A DNA stretch of 29,485 nt from Microcystaceae cyanobacterium (GTDB lineage: Bacteria; Cyanobacteriota; Cyanobacteriia; Cyanobacteriales; Microcystaceae). The translations under genes and the position numbers were made by a program. The DNA is taken from positions 1 through 29,485 of the forward strand of contig JBGTGT010000003.1 in NCBI GenBank assembly GCA_041746575.1. The letters run 5' to 3'. Positions 1 to 12,203 of this stretch are shown piece after piece; positions within the stretch are counted from its first letter, which is position 1, and the number at the start of each line of letters is the position of its first letter. The notes under the pieces are model-generated. The model saw only the letters and a list, made by a program, of their open reading frames with translations, did no database searches and was not told the DNA's origin.

Positions 1-257
1 GATGGATCAAGCTTCAATTCATACCAGCGATAGCATAATAGAAAAGCTCCCCGAATGGGCAGAAAAAAAGTTAACAATATTTGGGCTACCTGCTTACTCA
101 CCGAAGCAAAACTTAATCGAAATTTTGTGGAAATTTATCAAATATGAATGGGTTCAAATCAACACTTATGAGAGTTGGACTAGCTTACTTAACTATCTGA
201 AAAAAGTGCTTGACAACTTTGGCACAGAATATGCAATTAATTTTGTCTAGGTACTTA
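1..257 (+). mobile_element. Right end of an IS630-family insertion sequence (extends beyond window start)
   Basis: Transposase C-terminus runs into ...AATTAATTTTGTCTAGGTACT followed by TA (256-257), consistent with an IS630 terminal inverted repeat plus TA target duplication. The left end is not visible. Confidence 0.75.
2..250 (+). CDS. IS630-family DDE transposase, C-terminal fragment (5'-partial)
   Basis: MDQASIH...LPAYSPKQNLIEILWKFIK resembles the DDE_3 motifs 'DNA..H' and 'LPxYSPxLNxIExxW'. Confidence 0.85.
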   Translation: MDQASIHTSDSIIEKLPEWAEKKLTIFGLPAYSPKQNLIEILWKFIKYEWVQINTYESWTSLLNYLKKVLDNFGTEYAINFV

Positions 258-694
258 GATTCAAAAAATTAATCGTTACAGTGGATTATGAAAATAATTG
301 TTTATACGCCTGAACTTTTTGGAACGCTTAAACGACACCTTGCATCCGTAAAACAACGGCGTCATCTTCTGGTGCTATTGACTAGGATAAACACCTCAAA
401 CGATAGCCCCTTGGACGTTTGCTGACACTTTTAAAAGTGTCAAGGTTTGCTTACTCAAAGGGTGGTAATAAAAACAAAGATGTGTAATGCCTTATTTTGC
501 TTTTTTTGTCAAGAGCTATTTGAAATTTTTATTTATTCCTTAAGTAATGATTTAGATTCCGTGGCGTGACCTTGAAAAAACCATGTTACGCTGGGGCAAG
601 CTTAAGTTAAGCTAACCACTTTTAATGATGTGAGGAAACGGCGGTTTAAATTTAGAAACTCTCTAAATTCCGCTAATTCAAAAAAGCAGAACCT

Positions 695-1627
695 ATGACT
701 AGACAACTACTCCAACACATTGCTCTGACCGCTACCACCACGGCGATGGGAACAGCCTTGATCTTAGGCAATTATCCCACGTTGGCTTTAAACGCAGAAG
801 ATACTCAATCTTCTAATAAATCTACAGCAGAAATTGTGAAAAGTGACGTCATTCGTCATGTTGATCGTCTAGCCGATTCCTTTCAAGCGATGGCTACCGT
901 TCAGGCGTATAACTGGAAAGAGCAAAAAGCCATTATTCTAAGGGTTAACGAGATTCCCGTGTTGATGTTTCTTAGTACATTAGAAGCAGAAGATATCCAT
1001 AAAACGCTGCAGCAAGCCCAAAAAGTAGCCGGACGGCTTAATCAACTATCTGCTCAAGGGTTTGACGCCAGCCAAATTACCGTTGAGTGGGACAGCAAAA
1101 CCGAAGGCTACAGCATTAGCGTTAAGGATGAAGAACTCCTACAAATCAATAAGACGACGCTTCTTCCCGATAGCACCAATAATCTTGCTAATGATGCCCT
1201 GCAAGCGACCAATCGCCTAAGACGCTTATTGGGCAACGCCGCTCCTTTGACGGAAGTGGCCAATTTACCCAAGCCTCAACCCCCAGTCAAACGAACTCAA
1301 ACGGTGGCAGTCAGTAAAAATCGGACAAAAGGGTCAATCGGCCGAGGAAACGCTTCTTGGTATGGCCCAGGTTTTCACGGCAGACGGACAGCCAATGGGG
1401 AACGTTATAATCAAAACGGTTTAACGGCGGCTCATCGGACTTTACCTTTTGGGACAAAAGTACGAGTGACCAATTTGCGCAACAATCGCTCTGTTATTGT
1501 ACGCATTAATGACCGCGGCCCCTACGCCCACGGCCGTATCATTGACCTTTCCGCTGGCGCGGCTAGAATTATCGGGCTCTTCTCCAGTGGAGTTGCCCCC
1601 GTGAGAGTTGAAGTCATGAGTCGGTAA
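695..1627 (+). CDS. rlpA: Septal ring lytic transglycosylase RlpA family protein
   Basis: N-terminal signal-like segment and C-terminal DPBB motifs ASWYGPGFHGRRTANGE, TAAHRTLPFGT, VRINDRGP, IIDLS. Confidence 0.92.
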   Translation: MTRQLLQHIALTATTTAMGTALILGNYPTLALNAEDTQSSNKSTAEIVKSDVIRHVDRLADSFQAMATVQAYNWKEQKAIILRVNEIPVLMFLSTLEAEDIHKTLQQAQKVAGRLNQLSAQGFDASQITVEWDSKTEGYSISVKDEELLQINKTTLLPDSTNNLANDALQATNRLRRLLGNAAPLTEVANLPKPQPPVKRTQTVAVSKNRTKGSIGRGNASWYGPGFHGRRTANGERYNQNGLTAAHRTLPFGTKVRVTNLRNNRSVIVRINDRGPYAHGRIIDLSAGAARIIGLFSSGVAPVRVEVMSR

Positions 1628-1698
1628 TGACTGATGAGGGAAAAAAAGGAGCGGGTAACCAGAAAAATGTGTATCGTTCTCTACTCACTCCCCGAATT

Positions 1699-2634
1699 TT
1701 ATTGAATTTGTAAATAAATTGAAGAGGGAAAGTGTTCATCCTGCGGATTTTCAAAGGGTTTGTAATACTTATCCCTCAATCCATTTTCGTCCAATTGAGG
1801 CTGATAAGTGGGAAAAACTTTTTTTAATGTTTGAGGGGACTCGTAATGAAGTTGACTTAAACAAAACAGAATTTTGACTTTAGTATTATTAATTAAAAAT
1901 GCCTTGAGCAAAGCAGTTTCTAGCCAAGGAAAAAAGGTTTGTAGCGCATTGCGAGGATAATCATAGGGCAAAAAAATATCGTGGAAGTGAACAATAACGC
2001 CTGAATTTAAGCGAGGTAAGACTTCTAAAATTAGATAATTGACATCGCCAGCAATTTTAACGGTATGGGAAGAATCAATAAATAATAAATCATTGGCTTG
2101 TAATTGAGCGAAAAAGGTTAAATCTATCCTCTGAACAATGTCTTGCTTTAAATTAATCCCTAATAGATTTTGAATCCCTAAAGATGGATGAGGATCAATG
2201 GTCGTTAAATCAATAGCAATATGAGTTTCCGCTTGATTATATTCTAGGGCTTTTAAAAGACAATACGTCGAAATTCCCGAGCCGATTTCAATCACTCGTT
2301 TAGGTTGAAAAAACCGAATGACTCCGTGTAAGGCTTGTGCTTCAATATAACCATAACCTGAACCTATTTTTTGTTGAACGGCCTTTTGATAAATCTCATT
2401 ATCTAAATATTCCTCTTGATAGGGTACACAAATACGCGTTAAATGGGTAATCTGTGGGGCTAAATCCGAATCAATTCCTTTTAGTTGTGATTTTTTTGCC
2501 CAAATTTCCTTATTTTTTTTTAAAAATCGCAGATCGGAAAGAGGGGCGTAGGGGTGAACAGGAATAAGATGAACTCCTAAACGTAATCCAATACGATATA
2601 AGCGTAATCCCCATTGTTTGAAGGCTTGGTGCAT
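1699..2634 (-). CDS. Class I SAM-dependent methyltransferase (Methyltransf_24-like)
   Basis: VIEIGSGIST glycine motif, LFIDSSHTVK, and VHFHDIFLP. Confidence 0.85.
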   Translation of the reverse strand: MHQAFKQWGLRLYRIGLRLGVHLIPVHPYAPLSDLRFLKKNKEIWAKKSQLKGIDSDLAPQITHLTRICVPYQEEYLDNEIYQKAVQQKIGSGYGYIEAQALHGVIRFFQPKRVIEIGSGISTYCLLKALEYNQAETHIAIDLTTIDPHPSLGIQNLLGINLKQDIVQRIDLTFFAQLQANDLLFIDSSHTVKIAGDVNYLILEVLPRLNSGVIVHFHDIFLPYDYPRNALQTFFPWLETALLKAFLINNTKVKILFCLSQLHYESPQTLKKVFPTYQPQLDENGLRDKYYKPFENPQDEHFPSSIYLQIQ

Positions 2635-2788
2635 TGTTCTTTCATGATCCTCTTAATGATGAACTTAAAATCAAAGATTAGCGCAAGAAATGTTTATTTT
2701 TACGAATCTCCCCTTTACCATAGAAGAAGAGGAATTGACAAAGTGATCGCTTTCTTGCCCTGTTTCTGATTCAACCCCCGTTGACATT

Positions 2789-3961
2789 ATGGTGATTGAT
2801 ATCCCGATTCTCTTTTTTGATGGTGAGTCTCCTGATAACCCAGGTCAGGGGGCGGCGGCGGCAATCCTCTTAATGCCGAATGGCAAACGGTTTACGGTTA
2901 GCCAACTATTGTCTTTGACCACTAATCAAGAAGCGGAATATCGAGGGTTAATTATTGGGCTAGAAAAGGCAAAAAAGCTGGGAATTCGACAACTGGAAGT
3001 AAAAGGTGCCAGTGAGACGGTTTTTAACCAAATGAATGGCTTAACACCCATTTCCCCTGAAAACTTAAAATCCTTACATTTTGAAGCCCGCCAGCTGATT
3101 AAGCATTTTGAGCGGGTTTCTGTTGAATGGATTTCTGCGACCCAAAATCGTTCGGCTTGTGCGGCGGTTAAACGGTGTATTGGGGATGCTCTCGGACGAG
3201 AAAGCTCTGTAGCGGTGCAGGATGCTTTTCCCTCCCGTATTTTGCCTATCGTCACTGAATTTCTCGAATTAGGGGATGAAGCCACCGCTCAAGATTATCG
3301 TAACCTCAAACTAGAATTAGATGAATACAGCTTAAAATCCTTAGCTGAATTGCGAACCTTTATTCCGATAGAAATTCAAGATCAGATCGCTTTACAGTGG
3401 AATGGACAAGAAGAAGAACTGTCTGAAATGTATCGGTGGTATCTTCGGGGCTTAACGGCAGAAATGGCAATTCACAAAGTCCAAATCGATTTTCAAGATA
3501 AAATTGAGCCAATCCCTGAAAAACTGCCTTGGGAAGAAGTACTACTCATGCCTCCCTTAAATCTTCTCCTCGATGACGAAATTGAAGAATTGCCTCCTTT
3601 GTTAGATGAAGTCGATGGGAAAACTTTACGAGCGTCGGATACGGCGGCTTTGTCCTTAGAGCCGATTGATCCGGAAACCCAAGCGACCTTTTTCTCCCTT
3701 GCCGATTTGGCTACCGCAGAAATTTCAGAAAATGATCCTACCCACGCCGAATCTTCTCTTTCCATTTCTTCTCTGAAAGAGTCCAAAAAGGATCCGAGTA
3801 AAGATACTCTTCCCTCGACAGCTCGAGTGGATCACATTCTGGAAATGATGGCTCTTCTCTCCCCAGAAGAACAGGATCTTTTGGTGCAAACCTTAGCGAA
3901 GGAAACGGAATGGGTAGGCTCAATGTTGAAAGCGATCGCTGAAAATATGACCCATCGTTAA
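2789..3961 (+). CDS. RNase HI-like domain protein with acidic C-terminal extension, probably catalytically degenerate
   Basis: FDG..NPG and TNQEAEY..LI.GLE match RNase HI motifs. Usual GDS is GAS and usual N..AD is NRSAC. Confidence 0.8.
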   Translation: MVIDIPILFFDGESPDNPGQGAAAAILLMPNGKRFTVSQLLSLTTNQEAEYRGLIIGLEKAKKLGIRQLEVKGASETVFNQMNGLTPISPENLKSLHFEARQLIKHFERVSVEWISATQNRSACAAVKRCIGDALGRESSVAVQDAFPSRILPIVTEFLELGDEATAQDYRNLKLELDEYSLKSLAELRTFIPIEIQDQIALQWNGQEEELSEMYRWYLRGLTAEMAIHKVQIDFQDKIEPIPEKLPWEEVLLMPPLNLLLDDEIEELPPLLDEVDGKTLRASDTAALSLEPIDPETQATFFSLADLATAEISENDPTHAESSLSISSLKESKKDPSKDTLPSTARVDHILEMMALLSPEEQDLLVQTLAKETEWVGSMLKAIAENMTHR

Positions 3962-4055
3962 ACGAGAGATTCTCTTCAGGTTAAAATGGGGATAGGGACT
4001 CGATGAGGAGATACCTTGGCTCGAAACTAGCTTTATCCAGCACAATAAACAAATC

Positions 4056-4529
4056 ATGCTTACTTTAGATCAACAACTTCAACCCCTCATTGATGATGCC
4101 CCTCACTATGGGATTCCGCCGGCAGTAATGGAAAAAGCCGTTGCGCCTGCTCTTCAAGATTTTGCTGAACAACTGCAATACCTTGAGTATTATTTGATCA
4201 CCCTGCCTGATCACTCGTTGATTATGACGACTCTCCGCCGCAGTCATTCTGCCGCTTCAGAAGAAAAACGGGTTATTTACGTTTTTGCAACGGCTCAAGA
4301 TGCCCGAACCTTTCAGGGGGATGCTCAGACGCTTTTACCCGTCGTGAGTCTGCCCATTACTCATCTGCTGTTTCAGTTTTTTGGGCTTCAAGACGTTGAT
4401 AGTTTGATTGTGATGGAAAACACCCATCATTTAGAAAAAGGCAAAGAAATCAAGCGCATTCACTTACAAGAAACGATTTATGAGTATATTCGGCGTTTGA
4501 ATACGTCTCCGTCCAGTTTTTATGCTTAG
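4056..4529 (+). CDS. Hypothetical protein (cyanobacterial type)
   Basis: 157-aa ORF with plausible composition filling the gap between neighbours; no functional motif recognised. Confidence 0.7.
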   Translation: MLTLDQQLQPLIDDAPHYGIPPAVMEKAVAPALQDFAEQLQYLEYYLITLPDHSLIMTTLRRSHSAASEEKRVIYVFATAQDARTFQGDAQTLLPVVSLPITHLLFQFFGLQDVDSLIVMENTHHLEKGKEIKRIHLQETIYEYIRRLNTSPSSFYA

Positions 4530-4574
4530 CTACTTTATCCGGTTAACCGACGAAAACAGTAAGATGCTTTACAT

Positions 4575-5819
4575 TTAGCCAAAATGATCGCCTAAGTATT
4601 TCGCTACCGTTTGCACGTCTTTATCGCCCCGTCCACTGGAATTAATAATAATACGAGGACTACCCGATAATTGGGGACAAAGAACATCTAAATAGGCAAA
4701 GGCGTGGGCAGTTTCCAAGGCCGGAATAATGCCTTCTAATTCACATAAACGCTGAAAGGCGGCGATCGCTTCTCGGTCAGTGATACTGTAATATTCTGCT
4801 CGTCCGCTATCCTTGAGATAACTGTGTTCTGGTCCCACTCCCGGATAATCCAACCCAGCACTGATGGAATGGGGTTCAATTACTTGACCTTCCGCATCTT
4901 GCAATAAGTAACTCATTGCGCCGTGTAAAACTCCCGGTGTTCCAGCCGTTAGTGTAGCGGCGTGTTTGCCAGAAGCAACCCCTTCCCCGGCGGCTTCAAT
5001 CCCAATCAAACGCACTGAAGTGTCCTTAACAAATTCATAAAAGAGTCCCATGGCATTTGACCCTCCTCCTACACAGGCTAGTAAAATGTCGGGCAATCCA
5101 TTCCATTTCTCTGAGCATTGCTGACGGGTTTCTTGACCAATAATTCGATGAAAATCTCGTACCATCATGGGGTAGGGATGGGGACCGGCCACTGAACCCA
5201 GAATATAATGGGTATTTTCGACATTGCTGACCCAATCGCGAATGGCCTCAGAGGTGGCATCCTTTAGGGTTCCTGTACCCGCCGAAACCGGAGAAACGGT
5301 CGCCCCTAATAATCGCATCCGGAAGACATTCAGCTTTTGGCGTTCCATATCTTGAACACCCATATAAATTATGCATTCTAATCCAAAGCGGGCGCAAACT
5401 GTTGCTGTGGCTACGCCATGTTGACCGGCTCCGGTTTCGGCAATAATTCGCTTTTTACCCATGCGTTTAGCTAAAAGGATTTGGCCAAGGGCATTATTAA
5501 TCTTGTGGGCGCCGGTATGGTTTAAGTCTTCCCGTTTAAGATAAATTTGAGGGGCTGTTCCGTTGGGTTGGCGGTAATAGTCACTTAAGCGTTCGGCAAA
5601 GTAAAGGGGACTGGGTCTGCCGACGTAATCTTTTAGGAGTTGGTTTAATTCTTGGTTAAAGTCGTCATCATGTTGATAACGCTCGTAGGCCTTTTCTAAC
5701 TCGCTTAAGGCAGGCATTAAGGTTTCTGGAACGTATTTACCGCCAAAGCGACCAAAGCGACCAAAGGTATCAGGATAAGAGGTTTCTGCTGTTGAAGGGG
5801 AAAGGGGAGTGAAGGTCAT
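4575..5819 (-). CDS. trpB: Tryptophan synthase beta subunit
   Basis: [26 protein letters not shown] (PLP lysine), [38 protein letters not shown] 5819 preferred over the GTG at 5849. Confidence 0.97.
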   Translation of the reverse strand: MTFTPLSPSTAETSYPDTFGRFGRFGGKYVPETLMPALSELEKAYERYQHDDDFNQELNQLLKDYVGRPSPLYFAERLSDYYRQPNGTAPQIYLKREDLNHTGAHKINNALGQILLAKRMGKKRIIAETGAGQHGVATATVCARFGLECIIYMGVQDMERQKLNVFRMRLLGATVSPVSAGTGTLKDATSEAIRDWVSNVENTHYILGSVAGPHPYPMMVRDFHRIIGQETRQQCSEKWNGLPDILLACVGGGSNAMGLFYEFVKDTSVRLIGIEAAGEGVASGKHAATLTAGTPGVLHGAMSYLLQDAEGQVIEPHSISAGLDYPGVGPEHSYLKDSGRAEYYSITDREAIAAFQRLCELEGIIPALETAHAFAYLDVLCPQLSGSPRIIINSSGRGDKDVQTVAKYLGDHFG

Positions 5820-5945
5820 GGCTCTCTGCTTTTCAATATCTAGGCTCACAATCCCTTATTATAGACAAGAGTGCTTCCCTTCTCTCAGTTGATTGCAATG
5901 ACTGATAATGATATAAATTAGCCCTAACAGCCTAACAAAAGCATA

Positions 5946-5965
5946 GATGGGCGAAAAAGCCCATC
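5946..5965 (-). terminator. Probable intrinsic terminator of the PEP-CTERM gene
   Basis: 7-bp stem GATGGGC/GCCCATC about 10 nt past the stop, followed by a T-rich tract on the minus strand. Confidence 0.5.
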
Positions 5966-5976
5966 CCAATGATTAG

Positions 5977-6510
5977 CTATTTTTTGAGCCGCTTAAGGAC
6001 AGAAGGAAAACCTAGGCTACCTAACGCTAATAATCCGAGCAAAGAGCCGGGTTCAGGCGTGGCGATGGGTGCTGGCGGGTTGACCCCCCCTAGAGGCGTT
6101 ACTTCAATTGCAGAGACTTGCCTAATTAAACTATTACTTGAGGTGGATAGACTCATGACTTCTCCAGCCTCTACCTTAAGATTAGCGGCAAAGGGGGTTG
6201 CAATATCAGCTATATCTAAGGTTAGCGAGGTGATTTGAACTGCCTTGGAGAAAGACAAATCGAAGTCAAAGGTACAAAGACCGTTGGATCTTAATAAGCA
6301 GAAACCCTTTGCATCCGCAAAAAAAGTAGAATTAGGGATAGGACTTGATAAGGTAAGCGTAAGGTCATCAACGGTTTTAACAATTGTAGATGAACCCCCG
6401 TCACCGTTACCAAAGTTGAAGGTGACAGCTTGAGCAACGTCAGCACTGCTCAGACTAAGTAACGTTCCGCCAAGGGTCGTTAAGGCCAGAGAAGACAAGT
6501 ATCTTTTCAT
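5977..6510 (-). CDS. PEP-CTERM sorting domain secreted/surface protein
   Basis: Signal peptide MKRYLSSLALTTLGG...AQA from ATG 6510. C-terminal TPEPGSLLGLLALGSLG is followed by the basic tail KRLKK. Confidence 0.88.
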   Translation of the reverse strand: MKRYLSSLALTTLGGTLLSLSSADVAQAVTFNFGNGDGGSSTIVKTVDDLTLTLSSPIPNSTFFADAKGFCLLRSNGLCTFDFDLSFSKAVQITSLTLDIADIATPFAANLKVEAGEVMSLSTSSNSLIRQVSAIEVTPLGGVNPPAPIATPEPGSLLGLLALGSLGFPSVLKRLKK

Positions 6511-6790
6511 TATATTAGTTGGTCCTTCGTTTGGATAACATAAGCATTCAATAGAATCAATAACAACGGGTATTTTTACGCATCTTAGGGGTTTTGTCAA
6601 GTAAATCAGGCTATGGGTTGCTCTAGGGTGTTTTCAGTCTGGAATTGACTTTTGAGAATTAGCCGATTACTTTATCAAACCTCTTGGGCGATGAACGTAA
6701 GATTATAATACCCAAATTTTTTGCAATGTTATCACTACTACCCAAAATGAGTGGGAAGGGCGAAAGTATCGTATAAGAAGCGATTTTGGC

Positions 6791-7318
6791 TTAATTTTTC
6801 ACTCTGACGGCGATGGTACTGGTATTAAAGTTGTATTCTGTGCCTTCTAATTCGATTAATGTGCCTATTTTAACCTTTTGTCCGCCCAAAACAGGTCCAT
6901 CCTTCGCTACTTGCGCTGTCCCTGCTAAAGTTAGTATCATGTCTACACTATAAGCTGATTCTGGACGAGGATCGGGTAACGCTTTGACACTGCCATCGGG
7001 TTGAGGGACTGGCACGGTACGGGGAAGCAGTTGATTTTGGACAATCTCTACCTGTCCAGCGGGTTGATTACGGATAACAATATTAGCTTTTTCTTGTTCA
7101 AATCGCCGAAAGAGAGCTTGAGAGTCTTTGACGCTTAATCCTTTAACAATAACGTCAAGTTCAAGGGGTTTAGTCGCTGATTGAGCAATACTCTTGGTAA
7201 CAGAGGTATTAGGAAAGACAAACAGACTGAGAAAGACTAACAAGAGGATTAATCCGGCTCCTACATCTAAAATGTTAAGTTTGCCGCATAATCGTCCTTT
7301 AGAATCAATGAATTTCAT
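6791..7318 (-). CDS. DUF4330-family membrane protein
   Basis: N-terminal IDSKGRLCGKLNILD plus a TM helix; later IRNQPAG and KVKIG..IELEG..Y pattern. Confidence 0.8.
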   Translation of the reverse strand: MKFIDSKGRLCGKLNILDVGAGLILLLVFLSLFVFPNTSVTKSIAQSATKPLELDVIVKGLSVKDSQALFRRFEQEKANIVIRNQPAGQVEIVQNQLLPRTVPVPQPDGSVKALPDPRPESAYSVDMILTLAGTAQVAKDGPVLGGQKVKIGTLIELEGTEYNFNTSTIAVRVKN

Positions 7319-7420
7319 CGTTTCACCTTTTACTATCTTAAATAATCAGAATTCGTTGATAAATTTTAAGTTCTCGCAATTGTATCATAGTTAATGAATT
7401 GATCATCACAGGGCATAACC

Positions 7421-9451
7421 ATGACAACTACTAATGACCTCACTGTATCATCACTGATCAATAATGCACGGGACGAACCGTCAACTGAAAAAGTTGCGCC
7501 ACTTTGGACGATAGAAGATAGCGAAAATCTTTACCGGATTCAAGGATGGGGCGATCCCTATTTCTCTATTAATGGCTTGGGTCATATTATGGTTTCCCCC
7601 CAAGGTGATCGCGGCGGGGCGTTAGACCTCTACGAATTGGTGGACGGATTACGGCAACGGAACATAGATTTGCCGGTTTTAATTCGTTTTTCCGATATTT
7701 TAGGCGATCGCATGGAACGCATTCAAGCTTGTTTTAACCGCGCCATTGTTCGCTACAACTATGAGAATGTCTATCGGGGAGTTTATCCGATTAAATGCAA
7801 TCAACATCGCCACATTGTGGAAGCCATTGTTCGTTATGGTCAACCCTACCATTTTGGTCTCGAAGCGGGATCTAAACCTGAATTGATTATCGCGCTAGCC
7901 ACGCTAGATTCTACCATTGGGGAAGAAAATGAGAAATCGAATCCTTTACTGATTTGTAACGGCTATAAAGACCGAGATTACATCGAGACGGCTCTTCTTT
8001 CTATTCCTCTCGGTTATCGTCCCATTATTGTCATTGAACAACTAGAAGAACTCTACACGGCTTTATCGATTAGCGCAGAATTGGGGATTGATCCCATTTT
8101 TGGGGTTAGAGCCAAACTCAGTACTCAAGGGGTAGGACGTTGGGGAACTTCTACGGGCGATCGGGCGAAATTTGGCTTGACCATTCCTGAAATTCTGACG
8201 GTCGTTAAAGAATTAAAGGATTGCAACAAGTTACATACGCTCAAGTTGCTTCACTTCCACATTGGTTCACAAATTTCTTCGATTAGTGTCATTAAAGATG
8301 CCATTCGAGAAGCCAGTCGCATTTATGTCCAATTGAGCAAATTGGGAGCAAATATGCAATATTTGGATGTTGGTGGCGGCTTAGGGGTGGATTATGATGG
8401 CTCTCAAACGAATTTCTATGCCTCGAAGAACTATAAAACCCAGCACTATGCCAATGATATTGTCGCTGAAGTTAAAGAAGCTTGCACTGAGTCCGATATT
8501 CCTGTCCCTGTTTTAGTCAGTGAAAGTGGTCGAGCGATCGCTGCACACCATTCGGTCTTGATATTTGATGTTTTGGGAACCAACGAAGTATCTTCTCATA
8601 TTCCTGCCCCGTTACAAACTCAAGAACACCTCATTATTCGTAATCTTTGGGAAACATATAACACGATTCAAGAGCATAATTATCAAGAGATGTATCACGA
8701 TGCCCTGCAATTTAAAGATGAAGCGATTAGCTTATTTAATTTTGGCTATCTAAGCTTAGAAGAACGGGCAAGAGCAGAGGAATTATATTGGGCGTGTTGT
8801 CGTAAAATTTGGCAAGTGACTCGCCATCAGTCTTACGTTCCTGATGATTTGGAAGAGTTGGAAAAAAATATGACTTCTATTTATTATATGAATCTCTCTG
8901 TTTTTCAATCAGTTCCCGATGCTTGGGCAATTGATCAACTATTTCCAATTCTACCTATTCACCGCTTAAATGAAGAACCGACAGAACGGGCAATTCTTGC
9001 CGATATTACTTGCGATAGTGATGGCAAAATTAATCAATTTATTGACTTACAAGACGTAAAGTCGATGCTAGAATTACATTCTCTTAAATCAATCAATTGT
9101 CAAGGAAATTCTCGAGGCAATGCGACTGAACCTTATTATTTGGGGATGTTTTTAGTCGGAGCTTATCAAGAAATTATGGGCAATTTACACAACCTATTTG
9201 GAGATACCAATGTGGTTCATATTACCATGACCCCAAAAGGTTATGAACTCGAATATGTGGTTAAGGGCGATACCATTACGGAAGTCTTGGGATATGTTCA
9301 GTATCAAAGTGAAGATTTAATTGAAAAAATGCGTCGCAAAACCGAGAAAGCACTGAAAAATAAACAAATTACCCTCGAACAATCTCGACGGTTATTACAA
9401 GACTATGAAATGAGTATGCGGAGTTATACTTATCTGTCTTCTAATCCGTAA
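7421..9451 (+). CDS. speA: Biosynthetic arginine decarboxylase
   Basis: YPIKCNQ (PLP lysine), GLEAGSKPEL, HFHIGSQI, DVGGGLGVDYDGS, ESGRA, DITCDSDG, GAYQEIMGNLHNLFGD. Confidence 0.97.
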   Translation: MTTTNDLTVSSLINNARDEPSTEKVAPLWTIEDSENLYRIQGWGDPYFSINGLGHIMVSPQGDRGGALDLYELVDGLRQRNIDLPVLIRFSDILGDRMERIQACFNRAIVRYNYENVYRGVYPIKCNQHRHIVEAIVRYGQPYHFGLEAGSKPELIIALATLDSTIGEENEKSNPLLICNGYKDRDYIETALLSIPLGYRPIIVIEQLEELYTALSISAELGIDPIFGVRAKLSTQGVGRWGTSTGDRAKFGLTIPEILTVVKELKDCNKLHTLKLLHFHIGSQISSISVIKDAIREASRIYVQLSKLGANMQYLDVGGGLGVDYDGSQTNFYASKNYKTQHYANDIVAEVKEACTESDIPVPVLVSESGRAIAAHHSVLIFDVLGTNEVSSHIPAPLQTQEHLIIRNLWETYNTIQEHNYQEMYHDALQFKDEAISLFNFGYLSLEERARAEELYWACCRKIWQVTRHQSYVPDDLEELEKNMTSIYYMNLSVFQSVPDAWAIDQLFPILPIHRLNEEPTERAILADITCDSDGKINQFIDLQDVKSMLELHSLKSINCQGNSRGNATEPYYLGMFLVGAYQEIMGNLHNLFGDTNVVHITMTPKGYELEYVVKGDTITEVLGYVQYQSEDLIEKMRRKTEKALKNKQITLEQSRRLLQDYEMSMRSYTYLSSNP

Positions 9452-9499
9452 TCTAAGAAGAGGCAGAAGGCTTTTTTAGAAACAGATAACTCACGTTGT

Positions 9500-10249
9500 T
9501 TACGTTCCCTTTAGGGTATTATTACTTTTTCGTTTACTTCGGACACAAATAATTTTATTTTTGCGGTGGACTTCAAATAAGTCAATTGCCTCAAACAAAC
9601 TACTCAATTTATCATAGCCATAATTACGAGGATCAAAGGATGCTTGATTAGCAATGTGATTACCCACTAACGCTAAATTTGACCAGCCATCGTCATCTTC
9701 TGTGCTAGCAACTGCCCCTCTTAGCAGATTCATTAACTTGGTATCTTGTTTCAATTCTTTACTTGTTTTCTTAACGCTGGTAATGGCTTTAGAAATATCA
9801 AAATCCTCTGTTTGATCAAGGGTTTCTAAATACAAAAAAGTGGAACAGGCATAAACAAAAGGCAAAGGTGTTTTCTTCTCGCCAAATCCATAAACTTTTA
9901 AGCCATTGGTTAAAATTCGCATCACTAAGGGCGTAAAATCACAATCACTGGAAATGATCGCAAAAGCATCTAACTTTTGGCTATAAAGTAAGTCCATTGC
10001 ATCAATAATTAAGGCCGCATCTGTCGCATTCTTGCCCTTAGTATAGTCAAACTGTTGTACTGGATGAATTGCGTATTCGTGCAAACAGTCTTCCCAACCC
10101 TTCAACGTCGGATTTTTCCAGTTTCCATAAGCTCTACGAATATTGGCCACGCCATATTTGGCAATCTCAGTCAAAATAGCACTAATTCGGGAGGCTGGGG
10201 CATTATCCGCATCAATGAGCAGGGCAATTCGCGATTCTGATTGCTGCAT
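9500..10249 (-). CDS. NYN (PIN-like) domain protein with C-terminal OST-HTH/LOTUS domain
   Basis: LLIDADN, RRAYGNW, KGKNATDAALIIDAMD, SSDCDFTPL, and C-terminal FDPRNYGYDKLSSL. ATG 10249 preferred. Confidence 0.88.
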   Translation of the reverse strand: MQQSESRIALLIDADNAPASRISAILTEIAKYGVANIRRAYGNWKNPTLKGWEDCLHEYAIHPVQQFDYTKGKNATDAALIIDAMDLLYSQKLDAFAIISSDCDFTPLVMRILTNGLKVYGFGEKKTPLPFVYACSTFLYLETLDQTEDFDISKAITSVKKTSKELKQDTKLMNLLRGAVASTEDDDGWSNLALVGNHIANQASFDPRNYGYDKLSSLFEAIDLFEVHRKNKIICVRSKRKSNNTLKGT

Positions 10250-10619
10250 ATCTTTAATTGACAAAGCATTATCCCACAATAGAATTAAAATAAGGCTTTT
10301 AGTCAATAGGCTTTGTGATACTTAATTTAATTGGCACAAAAACTGAAAGTCTAGATTTCTTGACTTAATTTTTAGATATAGTTGCTCAAACCCTTGGCTA
10401 CTAGGCATTTCAAGAATTTTATTCTTGTAAAAGCTCATAATTAGCCTAGTATACCATGCACTACATAATAGTTTAAGAGAACATATCCTGTCAAGGGAAA
10501 TAAAACCCTGATTCTGTCGTTGGAAAAATTACTAAGTATTATATTTAATCTTTTAATCAATAAAATTCTAAATTCTAAGGAAAACTTATTTATTTTCTCA
10601 AATCACTTCAATGAGATAG

Positions 10620-11975
<1,356 letters not shown>

Positions 11976-12203
11976 TTTAAGAAAAAAGAGACTCAGTATC
12001 AAAAATGAGGCTAAAATTAACGCTAAAAAAGCCCAATAGTTGCCACTCTCTTTAGAAATCATGAATAAGCGATCGCTAAATTAGATAGATAGCATTACAC
12101 ATTCAGGTGTTCTTGCTCACACCATACGCCTGACTTCACACTTGCGCCTAGTGCCATCTCTAAAAACGGACGGTAGATGACGAATTCTGACGCTATTTTA
12201 AAC

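Noticed and set aside
288..425. 45-aa ORF (MKIIVYTPELFG...) after the IS630 end
   Set aside because: Short, with no recognisable motif or other support.
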